In this document: piece after piece, positions 40,925 through 54,799 of the stretch
How positions within the stretch are numbered: position 1 is the first letter of the stretch
Layout of the letters: each line of letters starts with the position of its first letter
NCBI GenBank assembly: GCA_973851085.1
Contig: OZ316776.1
Location: 496,001 to 560,000, forward strand
Source: Ptychomitrium polyphyllum
Taxonomy: Eukaryota
Direction: 5' to 3'
DNA: 64,000 nt
The notes under the pieces: model-generated
Told to the model about the DNA's origin: nothing
Databases searched by the model: none
What the model saw: the letters and a program-made list of their open reading frames with translations, nothing else
Translations under genes and position numbers: made by a program

Positions 40925-43829
40925 ATGGAAGATGCAACGTTATGGGGGGCTTGTGACCCACAGCCCATGCAACAGGTCGGGATGTTCAATGGTTCTCACA
41001 ACCAGGCCAGTCTGTTATGTCATGCCGAATCTCCATTTCCGCAGTACTGGGGATCTGAGACGTGGACTCCATCTCGAACAGATGAGATGCCAGACATCGC
41101 CTTGATGTCGTCTCCCCTTGTTGATCCATCAATCCTTGCATTCGATTCTGTCATGAGCCTTCCCGTGACTGGGGATGCCGTGCATGACTTAGCTACTGGA
41201 AACTCGAGATTTTCTCAGCATGGGCAATGGGGACAAAATCTTAGTTCTGCGGATTTGTACCCTACCCAGGAGGTGCAAGAGATCCTGAACAGCCAGTTCA
41301 TGCAGTACAATTCACCTGCTCTTGCTTTTCCCCATCTTTCTCAGGATTTTCAAAATTTCAACAAGTCCTTTGGTACCGCAACTACTATCCAGCATAACAG
41401 GCCGGTCACGAGCACAAATGATTCGACCTCTCAATATGGAGGTTCATCGATGGTTACTAGCAGCAGGGCGGTCACCAGCACAAATTCCCTGACATCTCAG
41501 TATGGGGGTTCTACAATTGTTCAAAACTCGATGGGAATGTTCACCCCAACCGTACCTCGTGGGATCGTCAACCAACTAGGCATGGGAGGGGGAATGAACT
41601 CCAACATAGGGTTGATGCATCTACCTAAGCGGCATCATGTCGACTCTATTGCTTCTAAAACTGGCGGAGGTGTGACCCAATCTGACATGGGCTCCGGCTG
41701 TGGCATTTCTGCTGTTCTTGGAGCGTCAACTTTCGCTGCGAACCAGAAGGGCAGTTCATCCGTTCTGATGCCACTCACTGATTCTTCTCACATGCACAAG
41801 TTGGATACAGGGTCTGAGGAACCCAAGATGGCAAGTTTCAACCCTGGCCCATATGTCAACAGTGCTAGAGTAGTGCCTACACAGAAATCGCAGCAGCATG
41901 ATCAGCAGGACGCGTTGGCCTCAAACGGAATGTGGATGGACAATTGCTTGGGAAAGAGTAGTTCTGTGGCTATTCCTGGCATGGGACAGAGGCAGCAGCA
42001 GGCCATGAAGAACTCCTCTCCTGTCACTAGCTTGGGATTTGACCATAAGCATCAGCAAGGTATGAGCAATTCCTCGGCTGCCACTAACCTGGGTTTTGAG
42101 AATAGGCATCAACAAGCCATGAACAACTCCTCCCTGGTCACTAACATGGGGTTTGACCAGAGACGTCAACCAAGCATGAGTAGCCCCTCCCCCGTCATTA
42201 GCTTTGGGATGGAGCCAAGGCCTAAACCACCCATGGGTTCCTCCCCCATTGCAATCATGGATTTTGAGCCAAGGCAACAGCATCAACGCTTACCTAGCTC
42301 TTCGCCCAATTCGATTATGGGCTTTGAACAAAGGCAACAACAGTCCATGAACAACTCTTCTCCAACTCTGAACTTGGGTTTTGAGCATAGACAAGAACCA
42401 ACTACGAGTACATCTCAATCTCTTTCCAACCTGAGTTTTGAGGCAAGGCAACCTCATCAACAGCCTGTGAGCAATGTTGCCGCTGTTTCCAACTTGGCTT
42501 TCGAACCTAGGCGGCAGCAACAAAACTTGACAAGTAATGCCTCCCCTATTCCCAACTTGGCAAGACAGCAACCAACCGCGAGTAACTCCAGATCTGCAAT
42601 ACCCGATTCCGGCGAGTCTACCTCAAAATGGTCCGCCTTAAGAATGAGTGGTGGTTTACCAGGCAGCGAGAAAGCTCCTATGATGATGCAGGAGCCTGAG
42701 ACTGGGACTCTGAAGTGCGCTTTACCAAGAAGTAGCAGTGCTTGTACCAGCACAGCTGTGAATGCAAATCTCAGCAACAAGCGGCCTCATTATGTAATCA
42801 CTAGACATCCCTCCTTTTCGTTCTTGTATTGTTCTTGTGTTGTGTACTGCATAAGTGGACTATGAATGATCGAAGAAATGTTGATTACATGTTGAGTTTT
42901 GTGTTCTGCAATCTGATCTTATTGTAACCCGTATTATGATATTGATGCATAATTTTCGAGTGTTATTCATCTTCGCTTACCTTTTAAAGCGTCTTGTTTG
43001 GAACCAGCATGATCACGACAAGAGCGAAGGTGGTGGATCAGTGCCCAAGAAGCCGCTGAACAAGTTTCATGGAGCCGGGTGCAGTAGGCTGGAAGAAATC
43101 AGTTCTGCAGCTCATATGAAATTGACTGTGAACAATAGTGGGCGCGCACTAGGCCCTGCACTCAACACCAACTTCAAACCTCGTGCACGCCAAGGGAGTG
43201 CTAATGACCCACAGAGCATTGCCGCTAGGGTAAGGACCTCAAACCTTTTCCTGCGCATGTCAGTGTTATGTGCTTATGCATGTTACTCTGGCTTTGATCA
43301 TCATCATTATTGAAATGATTTTAAAATAGTATTTCGCGTCTGCTCACAGGTGCGAAGAGAAAGGATCAGTGAGCGGCTCAAAGTATTGCAAGCCTTGATT
43401 CCCAATGGGGACAAGGTGGACATGGTTACCATGCTCGAGAAAGCTATCAACTACGTTCGGTGTTTGGAACTGCAGATCCGGGTATTATTCACATACTTTC
43501 TCTGTTAATTACTGGATTATGCGAGGTCGTTTTATTTTCCCCTGCTTCTTACTTCAGCAATTATAGCTCAAAAACCTAAGTTACATAAGTCTATTGCGTG
43601 TTGTGTTACTTATTGGCAAATTTTATGATTATTTCAGATGCTGAAGAACGACTCCTTGTGGCCAAAAGCGCTTGGTCCTCTACCGAACACTTTACAGGAG
43701 CTCCTTGAACTTGCCGGACCAGAATTTCAAGACGACAAGGACGCAGAAGACACGACACCAGAGAAAACTAAGACAGTCCCTGAAGTAATTGAGTTCGATG
43801 GCAATCAGCCTTCTGCTGAAAAGGAGTAG
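40925..43829 (+). CDS. RSL: Class I RSL (ROOT HAIR DEFECTIVE SIX-LIKE) bHLH transcription factor; exons 40925-42793, 43008-43229, 43350-43481, 43638-43829
   Basis: [79 protein letters not shown] closely resembles moss RSL1/RSL2 bHLH and RSL domains as I recall them. Introns are GT-AG and in phase. A 5'-UTR intron acceptor (tttgcag) ends at 40822. Confidence 0.93.
41990..42561 (+). repeat. Coding tandem repeat inside RSL exon 1: ~10 units of ~19 aa (xRQQxxMxNSSPxxNLGFE)
   Basis: Units end in SLGFD, NLGFE, NMGFD, SFGME, IMDFE, IMGFE, NLGFE, NLSFE, NLAFE and NLA. Confidence 0.9.
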
Positions 43830-46427
43830 GAAAATGTATGATCCCCACTTATATAAATATCATGTATGTAGTAGGTAATAAAAACAAGTTTTCAGGGAGG
43901 GTTATGTGAATGGATGCAGGGAATGTCTGCTTTCCATTCACCTCAAACCCTCAGCCTAGGTACAGGTTAGACCTTGCTTTTGGGTTAATCCTGCTGTTTT
44001 TTGGTGCGTTGGGTAGCTAATCCTCACTGATTTTGAACCAAGGGTTTGGGTCCCGACAATGTTAATTCCCGGGACTCCCTATAATTTGGACCTCAGAAGT
44101 CCCAGTTTTAAGTAGGCTCAAATTTTCCGGTATGTACCGAGGCCTTGAATCTTTGTTGGCTTGTACACTAGATACATTAGTCATTATCCAATGGATATGA
44201 GAAATGCATCTGGATGGAACTTTCTGAACTGCATGAGTGCTTCCGAATTGTAAAATCTTTCTGTGCACTTTGTACCTACTTTGTAATTGTGCAAAGTTGC
44301 TCTTTCATACTGTGTATTCCCTATTTTCATCTCCATTTCTTCTGTGCTTGTAATCAATTGCTTCGTGTAAATAAATAATTTCTATTGAATGAAGCTACTT
44401 TGTGGCCCCCACTGTTTTTTTCGGGGTGGTAACTTCTCTGGCGGCGTCACATGCTCGTAAGGATGTAATCTCAGTCTGAAAATTTAAATATTTATTGGTA
44501 GGCAGAAGATAAGAAGCATGGGCTCACTGTCTGAATGCAGAAAACTACAATACTGCGCTGTCCCTCTTTTGTCCCAAGCCAACTTTGACCTTATTATTTT
44601 TCTATTGTGGTCGGCGTATTGACCGAGAATCCTTATCTGGTCGCGCTGGCGCTCACTACAACCGCTCAAGCCACTGAAATTCAAACGGAGCAGTAACGAA
44701 TTCTTCATCTACTCCCTCTAATTATATATCTCGTTATTATGATATTCTTGTAATCATCATATGCTGCGGAATAATGACACAGTGAACTTACTAGCCTGGT
44801 AGGGTCTAGCGAGGAAAAAGTTGATCATATCGCTCCTTGAGTTCTGTTGCTGCTGAATTGACAAGAATTTAACAGGTACTATCCACCTTTTTCTTGTCAG
44901 AAATCAAGGCTGAAGTCACGTTGAACTGGCTCGTAACCAGATGAAAACCGAGCTATCCTTGAGCACCACTTGTGCTGTGCCTAGGTCTTCTGGGCTACCT
45001 GTCACCTGCATAGATGTAATGACCCACTTGGATTGACTTGGCTATTAGTAGCCAAGGGATGGGCAGGCGGCAGAAGAACAGGACCCTCGAATGTGACGGA
45101 AGTTTAACATATTGAATTACTTGCCTTTCATGGGAAATATCTAAATGTCTGCACTTGGAGATTTATTATATACACTGGGCCAATGGGGTTGAGGCTCTAG
45201 CCTCCAAGTACTGATAGCTTGGCTATGAATTCTCTTTCAGTATGGAGATGTGTGCATCTGCGGTGAGCAGACAGGCAATTAGCTTTGGAAATTGGTTGAG
45301 GGGTGCATGCAGCACATTTTACAAACAGGCTTTTGTTGATGGGGTGCTATAAACTCGAGCTTTTTAGGCCTGGAAGTTGCAGGTTGTGTCTGGTTAGGGC
45401 TGTAACAGAGTTCGGAAAAAGTTGGGTTTGTTGACCATGGCTTTGATATTGGGCATGTGCTTGGACTTTTCTATTACTTTGTGGGAGCGAGTTTCTGTGT
45501 AGCAGCTTGTATAAATTATTTATTTATCGATGGAAGGTGTACTGTCATCGAAGGGTGCATTGTTCGTACTTGAGAATGTATCTCGTGTCAAGGCATCGAA
45601 AGCATGTAGAAATGTCAGAGTTTGGCATTCCAAGGTTCCTCCAAGTCTCGACTTCTGGAGACTGCCTGCACTGATTTTACGGTTTCCAGTTTCTGAGCGA
45701 CCATGAATACAAAGTTACCCTGGAACCTACTTTGCATCATTTCAATCAATGACTGCGTTAGAATCTTCTCTTTTGAGAGCTGTATTATCGTTTCGGTTAA
45801 GGAAAAAGTTTCAGGTTTAGTTCAACTAGAGGATGCACTTAAAATCAGCCACAGAACTGCAACGAATGATCATAAGTAAATTTCTGCTAAAAATACTCGT
45901 ATGATATGGTCGGTTTCTCAAACAGAGGACCAAATGAGGACTGCATTTCTTTGATTAACTTGCACAGCCTTTACATCGCAAATGAAAAGGATTTCCCTCA
46001 GGACTAATCTTCTGGAACAGCAGTATGTACAGCTAGCAAAAGAGCAGAAAAATAATGGGTACAGGCATAAAAACTTCTCATGTAAGATCCGTATTGTTCA
46101 TGCACATCAACATCCAATCCGGTTTGCAAAATTATCTGAAGCTGATGGAGACAATGACGTTCGTATATTAGCAATAGCGTTGCCAACCTGCTTCGGTGAT
46201 GCAGGTTACGAAGTAGTATCTTCAAAGATTCTTAGAGCTTCAGACATCGGAAACACTCCTGAAAGCTGGCCCTTCGGAGGGAGGGATGCCGTTAATCCGG
46301 AGACTTCGACGTTGTCTGGCGCTGCACCTATTTGCTCCAGGGTTCTGGTGGCCAATGTGCACATTTATCCACTTATGAGTCCTAGTGACGACGACCCGCT
46401 ATGTCTCGGATACTGTGGGAAGATTGA

Positions 46428-47595
46428 TTACTTCACGGAAAGAAATTTGTCAACAGCCAAGAGAAGCCCGTCAGAACTGGGCGATTCGTGCGCAGCGCCC
46501 GTCATGGTGTCCTGAGAAGAAAGGGATTGGACCTTTCCACAGCGTCCATCGAATAATAGGATAAGTAGGATCGCTATCACAGTCACGATGCTACCATCAA
46601 ATAAAAGCGGGAAATAATAGTAGCACAACTGAGCAGCACTGAGTGATTCACTGTGGTTTGACAGACTGCTAAGGTATATAAATTTGGGTTTAGGTCATAC
46701 CGATCTCGTCAGGTGCTGACGACCGCCTCCAGACTTCTTCACGGGAAGATTAGACGTCCCTGAAACGCTCCGTGATTTCGGTCGCCTGCACTTGTTAAAG
46801 TGAGTGACGAAAATCTTGCAACAGGGCATGCATATCAACGTTTACAGAACAGCTATCAAATGCGTCAAAATCAAACATTAGTACTTTACGGACTACGTAC
46901 ACACTGGTAGCCTTTGGTTCACGAGCTTGGACATATCCGTGCGGGCAACATCCACATCCACAGCCCTGCCAGACAAATCACATGAAGTAAGGACCAAAAT
47001 TGTGCTAGCGTTTCACCTAAGCTCCGTACTTTATACAAGTACTCAATTCAGTGAAGATTCATAGTAACATTCATGCGGAAGTCAAATCAACTTTGACGCT
47101 CACCTTACTGCTAGCTTTGCACTTCTCCTCCTTCAAGTTCTGAAACTAATTCCCGTCACAATAAATCCCAGAGCCACAGTTAGGACATCCGTAAATACAA
47201 CGTCTTCCAAAACCACGAAATCCACACATGAGCTTCAGATTCATCAGATTTTCTTAAAACGCCAAAAATCAATCTCTGGAAATGATCCACCTCGCCTCAT
47301 TGTATTAAGCCAAACCACAACCAGATTCATCAGAACTATTTTACTAACAAAGGAACACGGTTATTAGGTTACTGGACACCACCCGCTGCCTAGCTTCCAT
47401 GAGCCTGTGCTCCAACTCGGCGAGTTTCTCCCGGTCCGTGAGAGTGATGCCCGCAGCACTTGCAGCAGCCGCCCGGTCGAGGAAATACTGGGCAACATCA
47501 GCAGCTGTGGCAGAGGAAGGCTGCTGTTGCTGCTGTTGATGCTTAAGGAACGTGGCCAGGGGAGGGCGCAAGGCTGGTGCTGCATGGGATTCCAT
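46428..47595 (-). CDS. Hypothetical protein (~167 aa); predicted exons 47595-47383, 47139-47104, 46965-46901, 46785-46701, 46532-46428
   Basis: The GT-AG junctions join in phase (0,0,2,0): MESHAAP...polyQ...REKLAELEHRLMEARQR-NLKEEKCKASSK-GCGCGCCPHGYVQAREPKATSV-RPKSRSVSG...-VQSLSSQDTMTG...DKFLSVK*. No recognised domain. Confidence 0.6.
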
Positions 47596-50500
47596 GAGGA
47601 TCTCTCTGCAGAGACCAGCAATTTCTGCACACAGAGCATCATGCGTCTGGATGATGATGCGCGAGAAGGCGGAGCGGATGCGCCGCCACGGCTGTCTGTC
47701 TGCATGGCCGTCTGCCTGCGTGCATGGCTCCGTTACGTGAGGATCTAATCAGGGTCACGCGACCACACGGGTATCGACCGGATGTCACGCCAGTAGCACG
47801 TAATTATTACCTGAGTAGTAATCGGGACATTGACGTGGTAGACTTTACTGACTCCTTGTGGTCAGCTGTAGGAACTTGTTGTGCGTTACGTGGCGATGAC
47901 GGCCTTGTACACTCCTTCGCCATAGAGCGCCTTCACAGGTCTGGTCCTGGGATAATGGTCAGTGGGAGTGGTCTGTAGTGGAATTAGTTTTCCTTTCGTC
48001 CGATTTCAAGTACAGTATTCACTTCACTCAGCCTTGTGGACGTTTGAGAAATAATGTGTAACGATGAAGAAACAGTGGCCAAATTAATGACGTTTCTGTG
48101 ACATGAAGACCTGCTCCCTCCACAACGTTCTTTCGAATTCTTGCTCATCATCCAAGGGATGAGTCCTTCCATTCTTGCCCAGTACCCTATGATTTGTGAG
48201 GAAATGCTTCCTGTTCTTGAATTTTATGCTTATTCATAAAGCAGTTGATCATTATAATGCTTATACTACAAAGTGAATAGTGCTTAGGCAATGGTTGATT
48301 GCAAGTAACCTTTCAAAGTTGAATGAAGGCATTTCATTAATTCTAAATGTCCTTACTTACACGATTAAAAATATTCAGTCTTTTTTCTTAGTATAGTGAA
48401 AAGATCAATGCACGCTTAACTTTATTCAAAGTCTCAATAACGTCTTATAAAAGTAGTGTAGGCCTAAAGTAGGGTATGTTGCATTTTGATAGCATTTCGG
48501 GAAAGGCCATCATTCCACAATCAAATTCAAAATAATTTATCAAAATCTTTTGTTTCCAATAGAAAATCTAGAATTCTAATTTTTGTTTTGAATGTAAGAC
48601 CCAAAATGAGTTGAACTTTGAACCAAATAATCGTTTGAGGTTGGAGCTGGATTATCTTATATTTATAATTAGAGCTTATTCACATGGTTTCATTTCATTT
48701 TTTTAAACTGCCAATTACAAGAAATTTCTTGCAGCATTAGTATGTAGTAAATAGTCTCTTGTGAAGTTTGGATGTTTTAGCAATTTTTGGGGAAAAGAAA
48801 TGTTTGTTGATATTGAAATAATGAGCATTGTGACAAAGAAGATAAGTACTGTTCAAGAAAAGAATGGAAGACCAATATCCAATTGCATAATCTTGAATGG
48901 ATAGATGTACTTGAACGGACTATGGAATATGGCTTCATTGGTAACATCTGTGAACCACAATAAACTATAGCTTTGCTTCCATGTCTACATATCATATTAT
49001 TGTTTACATTGTTTGATTTTCTTTTCCTTTTTCAATATTTGAATTCAATCTTTTAACATACTTTGCATAACGTCCATCAAATAATACTTTGTACTATATG
49101 TGATGATAATTCATGAAAATACATAAATAGACATCTTCTTTTTGCTTAAAGATACTCATTGATAATGTTATAATACTCAATTTTTTTGTGTATGGTGATC
49201 TTTATTTACTGATAACATTTGTGCAAATTATCAAATAGTACTAGACCATGAAATTCAAAAGCTAAAATATTAAAGGGCACATGAAGATTTATAATGTTCA
49301 AAAGCTAGGTCATTGACTTTATCCACAGATTGCTAAATTTGCAACTATTTATTATAAAAAATGATGGAAATTTGGAATTCCAGCCATTTGTACATATAAA
49401 TTCAATGGAGATTTTTTAATCTTGCAAATGAATCTTGTTTCTATTGAATATAGTATAAAAAGAATACAACCAATTTGGATTCCAAAAATCTTATTAAGTT
49501 TGACGTTCACTTTGACAAAATGTAAATTGGAATTAAAAAAAACTAGAAAGATTTGCAAATTGCTAGAGATGGAAGTATTTGATATAAGATTCCATGTTAT
49601 TGCAAACTAAACAGAAAATAGAAGTAAAGAATAAAATTCATGTGGTAGTAGAAATTAAATTTAGAAAGAATACAAATTTTGAACATCTCAATTTATAAAC
49701 ATATGTTCTCTTTTGAGGTGCAAAAGTAATATAAGTTATGTTTCTTCATTGTGGTTTCTTCTACTTGCACATATACATGGTGTACTTTGTGGAGTTATTT
49801 TGTATAAGATTTGGTGTGATATATGTAAAAAAAAAATTTCATACAAATTAGGCAAATTTGTTATATTTCTTGATTTGATACCGCAATGCCAATGCTTACA
49901 TGGTTTTTTTTACTACAAATAATTAAGTGAAAATTAGATGTAACAAATAATTTGAACAACATCAAATATATCAATAGCTATTCTAAACAAGAGGACTTTA
50001 TTTGCCTTCATAGATTGTGACATGTGTGTATAATCTTACCAGCATTCTTTACTAATCACTTTGGACATCCTCTTCTAAAGATATAATCCATCATCCAAAT
50101 GTATAATCATGTTGTTAAAATCCTGTTCTATTGAAGCATGGAGGAATTTGTGTGTTAAATGCCACATCATCAAACTAGACTCATTACTTCATGCATTCAC
50201 TATCCTATTGTATTGTTAATTTCCTACTTTCTTTCTAAGATGATAGTGTTTTTACTTCAGTTCTTTTTGATTAAACACCTTTCATATAAAAAACGTGATC
50301 TTCACTAAATTTATAACAATGTGAGGTGTCACACTAATACAGAGAATGTATTCACTTTAATAAATAAAATCAAAAGATCCATTTCCAATATTATTTTAAT
50401 AACCTTAATAAAATTATCTTATAAACATTGGGTTAATTTTCTTAGAACATTTTGATGTGGACATTCCAATGTACATATAATATAGTAGTCAGTCTCTTTT

Positions 50501-52965
50501 GCTGATGAAGATGCGTGCTAATTTAAACTTACTTGAAAGAAGGGCCAGGTGTAAATTGTTTCACACAATTTAGTACTCCTAGGCCTATCATTTGCATCAG
50601 ATATCTAGTCTCTCGCCATGTGATCATGGAGGTAGCTGGTGGCTTCCTGATGTTGTATTTTGTTCTCTGGTAACAGGATGCTGCTACAGGATGCACAGGA
50701 AATAATTATGTAGCAAGATATGCAGAAAAAGCACACATGAGATCATGATTTTATTTTTGCAAGGCCATGTTGTCTTTCATGAATACATTTTGCAGTTGAT
50801 AAATATTGTATATCTACCAAATATCAGGGCATGTATTCAAATGTTACTGTCAACCTATTTTGTGCAGAATGCAACATCACCCTTCAACTCACTTTCATGC
50901 AAGGAGCACCAAGGATTTGTGCACATTACAAGTTATGTGTTGCAAACCTGAGTCATGAAATTCATACATCATATCACAGGCACTGTGCCAGTATGCTTGT
51001 TTTGGGGTCTCAATTGATATGTTCCTCACATCTAGGAATCTGGATTGTGTAGAAGTGTGTTATTCCAAGGAAGGGGAACCAAGTCCACTAGTACAGACAA
51101 ATGTTTGTTGAATGATCAAAACAACTGTAAACATTCAGCTCCACATTTCTGAAGTAGTCTCTCAACAGTTTAAGAGAAACATGAACATATTTCAATAATT
51201 GAGTTTGAAAATCCACCAGAAATCCATCATCGTTCAACAAAGCAAATGAAAATCCTTCACAATCTGCAATGGATGCCACTGTGGGTGGCGCAGAACCCAG
51301 TTACTGTAGAGAAGCCCCCTAAATCTGCAGAAAGGGAAACCAGAGAGGAAGCTCTGGAGCCTGAGCTCTTAGAGCCCCACTCATTGCAGAACATGACTAG
51401 AATTTGGGAATCCAGGGGGTGCTTTCTGACAATCAAATCAAGTGTTATTTCAATTTTTGAATTTCAGTTAGATCAACAATGCCCTCAACAATGTTTGAAT
51501 TGAATCCTTTGGTATCATTACATCCTCACTCCAAATGGTTGTGAGTTGACAAACTACAATTCCAAAGTGTAATGATATCACTTTAGAGATGAACCTTCAA
51601 AATAACGCTTTCAATTGAAATTGAAATAGTAATATTAAACAAACATACTTTTATGCATCCACTTTCATTTAGGTTTCATAATTTTTTGTTTTATTTTATT
51701 TTTAAAAGTGTTAGTTTTATAGAATTGCAATAATGACATGACCTCCCTATAACTACAAATATAGCCTCAAGAGTATTTACGTTGTGTTGTTGTACAATTC
51801 AAAAGCATTGCAAAAAAAAAAAGATAAAAATGCCATTATAAAAGCCTCATTAAACAATCACTTTCACAGGTATCAAAATGCAACAATGTCTTAAAGTAAA
51901 TTACTTGCATTATTAGAATTATATTATGACACAATTTTAAAGATATTAAAACACATATCTAACCTATATCATTTTCATCACAGCTTAGTAGTTGCCTTTC
52001 ATTTTCAATCTACACTTGAGACCTTACATAACATGTCTTTTCTAAATAAAAACACAAACTAAATGTACCACTAAATGGTGTAGGGCCACATCTCACTTTG
52101 ATCACCTAAGAACCTAGATTTTACCAAACTATTCCAAACTAATGTTTTTTGTAACATAATGAAACCAACAAGTGCTGCATAATAGTATGCATAATAGTAT
52201 GTACTATATTAAAGATGATAGTTAGTATCATGTAGCCATGACTATCATGATATGTATCATGATGGTTGGTATTATTTAGCAACCACTACAAAGTACCCTG
52301 TTGTTCCAATCAAAAGCTTCATGACGGCCAGAGTTGGTGACACTACTGGAACAATTCACATCTAATATTAAGGTGCATCTAGAATGGGCACCACTAAGGA
52401 CCATCTGCAGTGCAGTGCTCCTCATTGGGAAGTTGCAGTCCATGGTGCTGCAAGGGGTACCATATCATGTGACTGCATGAGTACATATGTAAAAGCCCCT
52501 TTGCCCACTGCCCAGGTAGGTTCCATGTGATCCTAGTCTCCATTGCGGCTGACCACGCTTCGTTGTTCTGCCCTCTTGCACGCTGCATCAAACTTTTCCC
52601 CTACTTTTCCCTACTTTTCTCAAACTTTTGTGCTCCCCCCAGCATGACCTAATGTGTGTGCCTAGCATCTCCTTTTCCTTCCGAGTGGCAATGATGCCAA
52701 TGATTTGAGCTCCGGCGTTTGCTCACATGCTACCAGTTCACTGGACCATCACCTCACTTTTTTCTTTTCGGTTTTGCTTTTTGAGGTTTTGCTTGGGTTG
52801 AGCTTGTCGGGAGCAGTGTTTTTGTGTGTCGTCGTGTGAGTGGGCTTGAGGTATGTGAGAGCTGGGTCACGCCGATCTAGACAAGGAGGGGTTTTTGTAA
52901 CCAAAGGTGGCAGTTTTAGAGCAAATTTCCAGGGTCAGGATTTAGAAGTGGGCGTGAGAGTGGGG

Positions 52966-53211
52966 ATGGAGCATCGCAACGGCGTCTACCGGAGCAGCAC
53001 GAACTCTGATCTCGCGAACGCGAGCAGGATAAAGAGCAACAGCAAGAATCGGTCCGGGTCGTGGTTGCAGACCGACCCTGAGATGAGGCGGAAGAAGCGC
53101 GTTGCGAAGTACAAGGTGTTCACGGTGGAGGGGAAGGTGAAGCAGACTGTGAGGAATAGCTGCCGGTGGATCAAGGAGAAGTACTTGGAAGTTCGGTATG
53201 GATGGTTCTGA
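52966..53211 (+). CDS. DUF3511 family small protein (81 aa)
   Basis: DPEMRRKKRVAKYKVFTVEGKVKQTVRNSCRWIKEKY...YGW is the DUF3511 signature. In-frame ATG at 52966. Confidence 0.9.
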   Translation: MEHRNGVYRSSTNSDLANASRIKSNSKNRSGSWLQTDPEMRRKKRVAKYKVFTVEGKVKQTVRNSCRWIKEKYLEVRYGWF

Positions 53212-54799
53212 TATCGAGCGGATGTATTCCTCTTTCTAGTTGCGAGGATGCTCGCTGTGGTCGCGCTCGGATTGCTCAGGTGAACTGAAGTGGCCCTGAT
53301 CCCCTTTGAACTGGCGGTGTAGAATAGATTCAACTGACGTAAACATTCGACTGTTAGAACATTCGACTGTTAGAACTGCTTTCAATCCATTGGTTGCCTT
53401 TGAAGTTGGATGCGGAGTGCACATGATTGTTGTGAATAGTGCGCTCATGATGAAGACATGGGTTTGGTTTGACCTAATTATGCCCATGGTGTATTATTTA
53501 GAATTTAGGAGGAAATTCAAATGGACAAGCAGAATTGAAAACTGTTCTCGCAGTTTGAGCATATGAGTAAATTCAGTTGATGGCTTACTCGATGAAGCAC
53601 TCGCACTGACATATTTTGGAAGATGATGTCACTGGAATTTGGTGTTGTGAGAGGACAACCTTGACGTTTGAAAGCCAATTATACATTTAGGGGATTCAGT
53701 ATAGCTCGGCGCATTGCAGCGTTAGTACTCTTGCTGGTAGACTACGAAAGCAGGTCGTTGGAATTTTCAAACCTGCTGCTAGAGTTCTGTTGCATGACCT
53801 CCCTAGCACAAAGATGTTCTGTTTAACACCGGTGTGCAATTTTTATTTGAATAAATGATGGAGCTGATAGTTTGGCTTGCACAGCTGTGAAAGCGTTGCT
53901 CGGTAGACGTCGTGGAAGATCTTCCTTTGGAGGTGAATTGTTTTTCCATATTTCGGGTTAAGGATGTCTGATGATTTTTTTATTCTTGATGCTTTTGGAT
54001 ATCACCCTTGGAGTGGTTTTCTGATCAGGATTGCTTCACCAAGACTATTACTTGTTTTTCAAGCTTGGAGAATATTGTAAGGGACCATTGGTAATCTGCT
54101 GTTTCATTTTGCAGAATTAGCTTTTACCAGGTATTTTATTAGGGTTTTGCAATCCAATCCTTCAATGTTATCTGGAATTTTATGGCAAATTCAATCTTTC
54201 TTATGCTTTCAATCTGCCTGATAAGGTTAAGTGACAGGTCTGAAGGCGTTTGCTTGCAATTTGTTGAACATAGAGACTTTCCTTTCATTGGTAATTTTAA
54301 AACTTGATTGAGTTTCTAAATATATTTCTCTGCAAATTGCTGGGATCTCAAATCTTCTTGTTTGAGTTTTCACAGAAGATGTGTCTCGATGACTTTAGTA
54401 CAGTTTCCAACATTTTTGCCGTTTCTTTGAAGTCATTGGTGCTACATGTGTTCATAGCCGTAACAGCAAACAGAAGTTTGTACTCTCTGCCACCTACCGT
54501 AGTACAATATTCGGCGTGAGAGACAAATACGCTCCCGATTCGTTCTCTTTCCTCACGTTGTGTTGCGTGTGCTATGCGTGCTGCACATTTTAATTGCCTC
54601 AGAATTCTTAGATATGTACGACATACGGTAGCATGTTCTGGTGAGTACTCCGCAATTTGTGTAGTTTTGTAACATAGTAACTGGTTGATAGATCCTGAAC
54701 ATGGAATGAACGAAATGCTCATATGTTGCCTGCACATGAATTATCACTAGTGTAAGATAAATTCAAATTCCGCATCAACAACAGCACCAACAGGAGCGT

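Noticed and set aside
44820..44968. Two miR390-site-like strings (TATCGCTCCTTGAGTT; GCTATCCTTGAGC) suggesting a TAS3 locus
   Set aside because: Both need bulges or deletions, they are in the wrong order, and no tasiARF/tasiAP2 sequence lies between them.
45982..46515. 177-aa plus-strand ORF
   Set aside because: Antisense to the last exon and 3' UTR of the orphan gene, with no recognisable motifs.
52240..52267. Short palindrome ACTATCATGATA-tg-TATCATGATGGT
   Set aside because: Built from self-complementary ATCATGAT repeats in AT-rich DNA, and too short for a miRNA precursor.
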